DNA of 64,000 bases from the human T2T-CHM13v2.0 reference genome, Homo sapiens: NCBI RefSeq assembly GCF_009914755.1, contig NC_060926.1; one strand, written 5' to 3'. Position numbers and translations under genes: made by a program. Below the pieces are notes generated by a model that searched no databases, was not told the DNA's origin, and was given only the letters and a program-made list of their open reading frames with translations. Below, one piece after another: positions 57,901 through 64,000 of this stretch; within the stretch, counting starts at the first letter, position 1; each line of letters starts with the position of its first letter.

Positions 57901-59406
57901 AGGGCTTTGGAGGTACCTCTGCTCTCCCTCCACTTCACTTGTTGCTTGCAGTTCTAACCCAAGGCACTTTATTTTGCAGCCCATTTAAGAATGTTGAGTG
58001 AGCTGCAGCCTTAGTACAGGAGACAACAGGGAGGTCTGGAAGTTAGACATGTTAAGAAACACTAGTCTGTTCATTAAGGATTTCCTCGTCTGCTTCTACC
58101 TGAAGCCGAACATCTGGATGAAATACGCAAAAGCCAGCTTACATATTTGGGTGTTCTTCACATGGCAGTGTTTGCCAGAAGAATGCAGACCATCTGGTGA
58201 CTGTTGCAGTTTTCACTTTTTATCCTTGGGTTAAGGTTCAGTTACTTTAAATTCAAGAAACATTTGTTTACACCAACATTTTACTAGAGCCTGTGTTGGT
58301 GGCAGGGGATACAGAGATTAATGATTCTCACCGTAGAAGAACTTGAAAGCTAGAGGAATGAGTTGCAAGGTCACAGGTAATTCTACCCAAGGCAAAAAGT
58401 GCCAGGTGAAGGCTCTAGATCCAGGGGTTGTCTCACAGAGGGGTTCCCAATAGCCAGTCATAGGCAGCTAGGGAGCTGGAGCTTGAGAAGTTGTAGTCTA
58501 GTAAGGCAATGGGACAGAATCTAAAGCTCAGTTGATTAGTCTCCAGGGTGGGGGCAAAAATCTTGGGCTATCCAAAGCTAGGGTGGACAGTAAAAAGAAT
58601 TTGAGGTCCATGATATTGGGGCAATGCTATACTTATCCTCCAATGAGAATATGTGCATGTAAGTAAAAAAAAAATCAGCTTAACCTATGGGCTAATCAAA
58701 TATAGGACTTTTACCTCTTCTGAAAATGCTTTCTCTACTGGGTAAACATTTGTTGTCCACTCAAGACACAGCTTAACATCTGCCATTGTCCTAGAGAAGC
58801 TTTCTCTGACTGTGAGTACATCGACCACTTTGATCCCTCTGCAGCGACCTCTCAGCAACCTGAGCTCTGCCATAGTTTGCATCACCCCATACTCTGATGG
58901 TCTATACGCAGGACCTCACACAGACCAGAAGGAAGGGAACACATGCTCCTTTCCCTCCCTGGCCATTTTAAAGCCCACCATCCTTCATACTCCCATCTGG
59001 AGCTTTCTTCTGATGCTCTCTAGGGAGCAAGTTCTGAAGGGACAATTGAGAAAAGGACACAAGGACCCTGGATGGTTGGGGTGTGAGTGAGGGGAGAAAG
59101 GGGCATTTCCTGGGGGACAAACAGTGCCAAGCCCTTTGGCTTTCTTTTAACAGGGGACATAAGGGACCCAAGAGAGACGTTTTCAGACATGCCACATTCT
59201 TCCACGGATATGTCATGAAGCTGGATTTCAGGATATCTAGAAGAGCCTTTTCTCTTGTTGTTCCCCTTCTATTAAACCCATGTTGTTCTCTGCTTTTCTT
59301 CTTTTGTCTCCACCTTCTTTATTCCTCATCACTTTAACCCTGCCTTTCTTTTTATCTTCCTTTCTACCTACTCATTTGAATTCCTATGTCTTAAGAAGGC
59401 CTAGGT

Positions 59407-59439
59407 ATCGCTTCTCAGCCTTTTGGCTAAGATCAGGTG
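59407..59439 (+). pseudogene. 3'-truncated U2 snRNA retropseudogene (U2 nt 1-33)
   Basis: ATCGCTTCTCAGCCTTTTGGCTAAGATCAGGTG vs U2 ATCGCTTCTCGGCCTTTTGGCTAAGATCAAGTG (31/33); flanked by perfect AAGAAGGCCTAGG direct repeats. Confidence 0.92.
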
Positions 59440-61589
59440 AAGAAGGCCTAGGCTCCAACAGCCAAAGAGTAATGGAGAAAGAAGAGGGAATAGCATGACT
59501 GAGCTTACTACCACTCAGCATCGTGCTAAACGGTTTCCATACATGGTCTGATTTAATGCTTACAACTGTTCAGTCAGGCAGATTTCTTGTTTATACTTTT
59601 CAAATGAGAACTCCAAGGCTGAAGAAATTAAAGGATGTTTCCAAAATCACACACCTAGTGCGGAACAGTCATGTCATTCTTTGAGTGTCAACTGCATACT
59701 AGGTCCTGTGTAAGCCCAGGGGTACAAAAATAAATATGACATTTACCATCAAGGCCCCCTAACCTAGCAGCAGTGGAGCCCCCTGTGATTCTGCTGAGAC
59801 TCTACTGTACCTTGCTGCCTGACACAATCAATTCACAATTCAGGGAGAAACATAGCAAGTGAAAGTCTATGGAGAGTTATAGAGGAAGCAAGAATGGGCA
59901 AATACTGAAATTGAGTGATTGATACCTGGAGGTTCACCATATTACTTTCCTTACCTAATTAACATCTGGAAAACTTCACATCACAGGCTTGTAATTGTGT
60001 CTTTTCTGAAATAGAGACACCCAAGTTTAAAATGGAGCACATCTTCTCAGTAATCAAGACTCCTAAAAACAAAAAATTTCAAAACAGATATGTCCTTATT
60101 GGGACTTGTTCTTGCTCTCCGGTTTACATAGGGTTTTACAGGCAAACATGGCCACTCAGAAAGGAGAACATATGCAACGAGCAACCCACACTCCATCTGC
60201 CATTAGACACAGAAGACAGGAGAGCCACATGGAATGAGAGACCTCTGTCCAACCGGGACATAATAAGATACTCAATCCTGTTTTTCAAGACTTCTGTGCA
60301 TATATCACCAAAGACACTAGAAACAACTTACAGTACTCCAAGACACGTAGTCTTATAGGAAACCATTCTCCCTGACATTGGAGTCTCCACTTCTGAGAAG
60401 GAAATAGAATAATCAATTTCCTACAAGCTTGCTTTGTGCAGGGAAAATAGCTTGATTGAAAACTCAAACAGATGTTTCTACTTCGCGTCTGCTCTGAGCA
60501 GGCTTTTCTTCCTGGTCCTTTGAAATCTTTGGCTATGATGGCTACTGGTAGAATGGATCCATCTCTGCATAGAAGATGGCAACAGGCAGGGTCCTTTGCT
60601 GATGCCAGATCCCTTCCCACTCAAAACATTGCCATGTGACAATCTCAGAAAGCAGCTCCTCTGGTTCTGCCTGCACTGAGAATGTGGTTTTAGCTGCTGG
60701 CTGACATGGTGCTTCTGCTGCTGCACAATCTGGATGTTGAGACTGGCCTAATCCAGCTATTTAGGTGGGTCATTTATATCAGGCCACAGGGAATGGGGTG
60801 ATGGTGCCAATCTATCATTCAGTGTTTTTCCCTGAGCACATCCTACATGCTGAGGCTTGTGCTAGGAGACTTCAGGAATCAAAGAGGAGCATGATTTAGT
60901 CCATCCACATGGCAGCTGGGGCAACAGAAAATAACATAACTCAAGCTACATGTTCAAAAGCTTGATCTGCTCCTTTTGTCCACAGCTCACTCCTGTTTCA
61001 GTGTGTGACCCTCCACTCCACCCACTCATACCAGAGACCTGGGATTCATTCTGGATCTTTTCCTGACTTTTCTCCCCACATATAATCAGTCATTAAGTCC
61101 TCCAGAGCTTTCTTCTGCATTCTGTGGGGCTGCCCCCACTCAGCCATTTCCTTCTCCCGCTCCCCTCCCAGGATGTCCCGCGCCATCTTTTCTTCATCTG
61201 AGGCTGGAGGAAGGTTCACGGCACTTTCCTTTTCAATGTTTCTCAGTGACTCCCCATGATCCTTCTGATCAAGCCTGTCCAGTCACCTAAAACTCAGATG
61301 CCCTCCATGCTGCACTCTCATGAGGCATCTCCCATTTCACGCCCTACTTCTGTCCTTTGGGAGTCAAACCAGGCTCTTGACTCCTTGCAGTATTCAACTC
61401 ACATTTTCCTGATACCTCCTCTCACTTCCTGACTTTTATTCTGTCTGGAATATATCTTGCTTTGTCCAAATACTACTGCCTGTTCTTCATACCTTGCTCA
61501 GATACCACTCCTGTATGAAGCCTTCCTTGACCTGCCAGTCTAAAGGTGTCTTGTTTTTCTTTAAATCCCTTTAAGACTTCTGTTTGTAA

Positions 61590-61822
61590 AAGCATTGAGG
61601 TTAGAGGAGAAGTTTTATATAAAACAGGTTTGGCCTTGAAATTTGATTAAGCCACTAAATAACCAGGTACTCTTGAGTTAACATCTCAAGCCTCAGTTTT
61701 TAATTCTGTGAAAGGGAGAATGATCATACCACCTACTTTGTTGTAAAGATCAGAGCTAACGTATGCAAAGCAGTTCCACCATACACACGGTAGGTGCTTG
61801 ATAGAGTAGGAATTGCTGTTAT
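61590..61822 (+). mobile_element. MIR, near full length
   Basis: CTCAAGCCTCAGTTTTTAATTCTGTGAAAGGGAGAATGAT...GGTAGGTGCTTGATA. Confidence 0.7.
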
Positions 61823-63892
61823 TATTTATGCCAGTATCCTGTACTGTCTGTGAGTTTGTTGGGTGTTGGCTGAGGTTCCTGCCCTCATCCATTTTACAGG
61901 GTGGCTGCCCAGGGCCTGCCTCTGGTGGGTGCTGGGGACAGCTGCATTTCCTGTGCTGGGGGAGAGCAAGGATCTGATCTGGGGCTGCTGAGGGCACAGA
62001 GCGGTCACAGAGAACAGCAGGCCCAAAACCCATATTATCAAAGGCCCGAGGCCCTGCAAGGACTGGCATGTTTCGTTCAAACAAAAGGAAGGGTTTCCTT
62101 GAAAATCCCACTCTTGCCTCCCCCACATTTCCCTCTTGGCTGCTTCTGTGGCCACACATGTTTCCGATGAATCCACATTCAAATGAATTTCGGCCGACAA
62201 ATAACTCGATACAGCTCTTTGGTGGGAGAGAATTCCATCAGGATGAGGTCATGGTTTGGCTACAGTAAAATTAAAAATAACCTAGAGCCCCCCACTGCCC
62301 AGCCTGGCATCAGCCCAGGACAGTGCATTTGGGAACCATTATCGGGTTTATCGGGGTAACGTATCACAGAAAACCTGCTTCTGTTTATAGACCATTTTAT
62401 TATTCCGTTTTGACATTTCCCTTTTTTCTTCATCCCCTTTCCCCCTTAAGCAAATATCTATTAGACTGAGTTGAAATGTGATCCAACCAAACATACTCTT
62501 TTTCAACTTCAGGCTAAAGCAGGTCTGACTAGAAGCAGAAATGCTTAAGTGAAAAGTTATGATTTACTTTCTTTCTAAAGGGAAACAGTGTCAGAAGGAG
62601 AATTTTATATGACAAGAGAACTTATGGCACACAGAGCAGGGGCTGACAGCTGACACAGACCTTTCCTGGGAAAGTGCTAGTGCTTAGAGAGCTGGGCCTC
62701 GTCTCTTAGTGTCCCTGTGACAAACTAGGAAAAGCATATCACCACAACCAGAATTAGTTTGAAAATGATCATGTCTCCAGAGTGGATTGTAGGTGTTTGG
62801 ATGGTTAGAATGGAAAGAGAATGTAGAGATCATGTCCATTCTCACTCCCATTGTCTTACTGTTGGGTAAACTAAGGCCCACACGGCTGCAGTGACTTGCC
62901 CAAGGACACTGCCGGGGCTTGAGTGTTGGAGGACTTGAGCCTTAGAGTGTTGAAGATGGGAGTTTGAGAACTAGCTCTGCCATGAGCTGTGACACAGTGG
63001 CCATTATCTTGTTGCGCCTTGAGTACATTATCCCTAAAATGGGATAATTGCTCTCCTGCCTGTATTATGTGATTATTGAAGAACTGAGTGAAGAAACAGC
63101 TATTCTAGCAAATATTTACTGAGCGCTTATTTTCCAAATGTTCTAATCCTTCACGCAACCCAAACGCTTCTCACAGCAGTCCTGCCGATTAGGTACAATA
63201 ATGATTTCATTCTCAAGATGAGGGACATTCATGAGGGATATAATTTACAAGAGCAAACTGTGAGTCGGAAGATAATAGAGGCTTGATTTGAACCTAAGTG
63301 TTTGATTCTAGAGCCTGTGCTCTTAACCATGGCATGATTCTGTCTCTGTGACCAATTAAATCAGAACCCAGTTGCAAAGGTGAAAGGTGAGATCCAGGCT
63401 GAGCCAGAGCAGAGACCCTGTTCATCTCACTCCTGTTTCCAGGTCCTTCTCCAGGACCGTGAATTGCCCTGACTTCTACAAGGGAGGCCGTTGGCTGCTT
63501 TCCTGTGCTTTCTTTCTGGCCTGGGCAACAGATTAAACTATGAAAGAGAAAGACGGTTTGAATTCTCCTTGAATGCATCAAAGTCCAGACCTGAAAGGAA
63601 TGTTGCTGGTGAGGGTTGGGGGCACAAGAGGCAGGCCCTCCTCTGAAGGTTGACACACGTAACGACATTTCACGCACCACTGGGAGGTTGTGAGGTCCCC
63701 GCTGCTGAATCAGGCTTCTGCTCTTGCACTTGCTCCCCTCCTGTCTTCCTCCTTTCCCTCCACTTTTGATTGTTCCCAGGCACGGCTACCTCCAGGCTGG
63801 TCCCTACACCGGACCCTGGGTTACCGCCCCACCTTCCTCATTATCTCCACATTCTTCTCCCTTTAGCTGCATACTCCAGCTCCACTGCTTTG

Positions 63893-63902
63893 TGGGTGTG
63901 TT

Positions 63903-63938
<36 letters not shown>
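63893..63938. repeat. (TG)n microsatellite
   Basis: About 15 perfect TG units at 63909-63938. Confidence 0.95.
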
Positions 63939-63939
<1 letters not shown>

Positions 63940-64000
63940 TTGTTGTTGATGTTGTGTTCTGATTCCTTCTTGAATGCACCAAGCTCTTGCCTCCCTTGGG

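Overview
Primate, almost certainly human, genomic DNA (AluS/AluY, L1PA/L1PB, MIR/L2, MaLR/ERVL LTRs, Tigger/hAT relics). I find no credible protein-coding exon: the listed ORFs are short and either repeat-derived or GC-rich chance frames. The main landmark is a CpG island at about 47.5-48.3 kb. It looks like a promoter and first exon transcribed on the minus strand, so most of 1-47.8 kb is probably a long first intron and 48.3-64 kb upstream or divergent sequence. I could not identify the gene. I see no new multi-gene system. The most unusual items are small: a 33-nt 3'-truncated U2 retrocopy with a perfect 13-bp target-site duplication (TSD), a ~120-bp hairpin, a tailless AluY inside an apparently full-length HAL1, an unexplained ~48-bp dispersed duplication, an orphan promoter/enhancer-like module at 17.8 kb, and opposite-strand G4 motifs in the island. 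Repeat subfamily names come from recalled consensus sequences, not from a RepeatMasker run.
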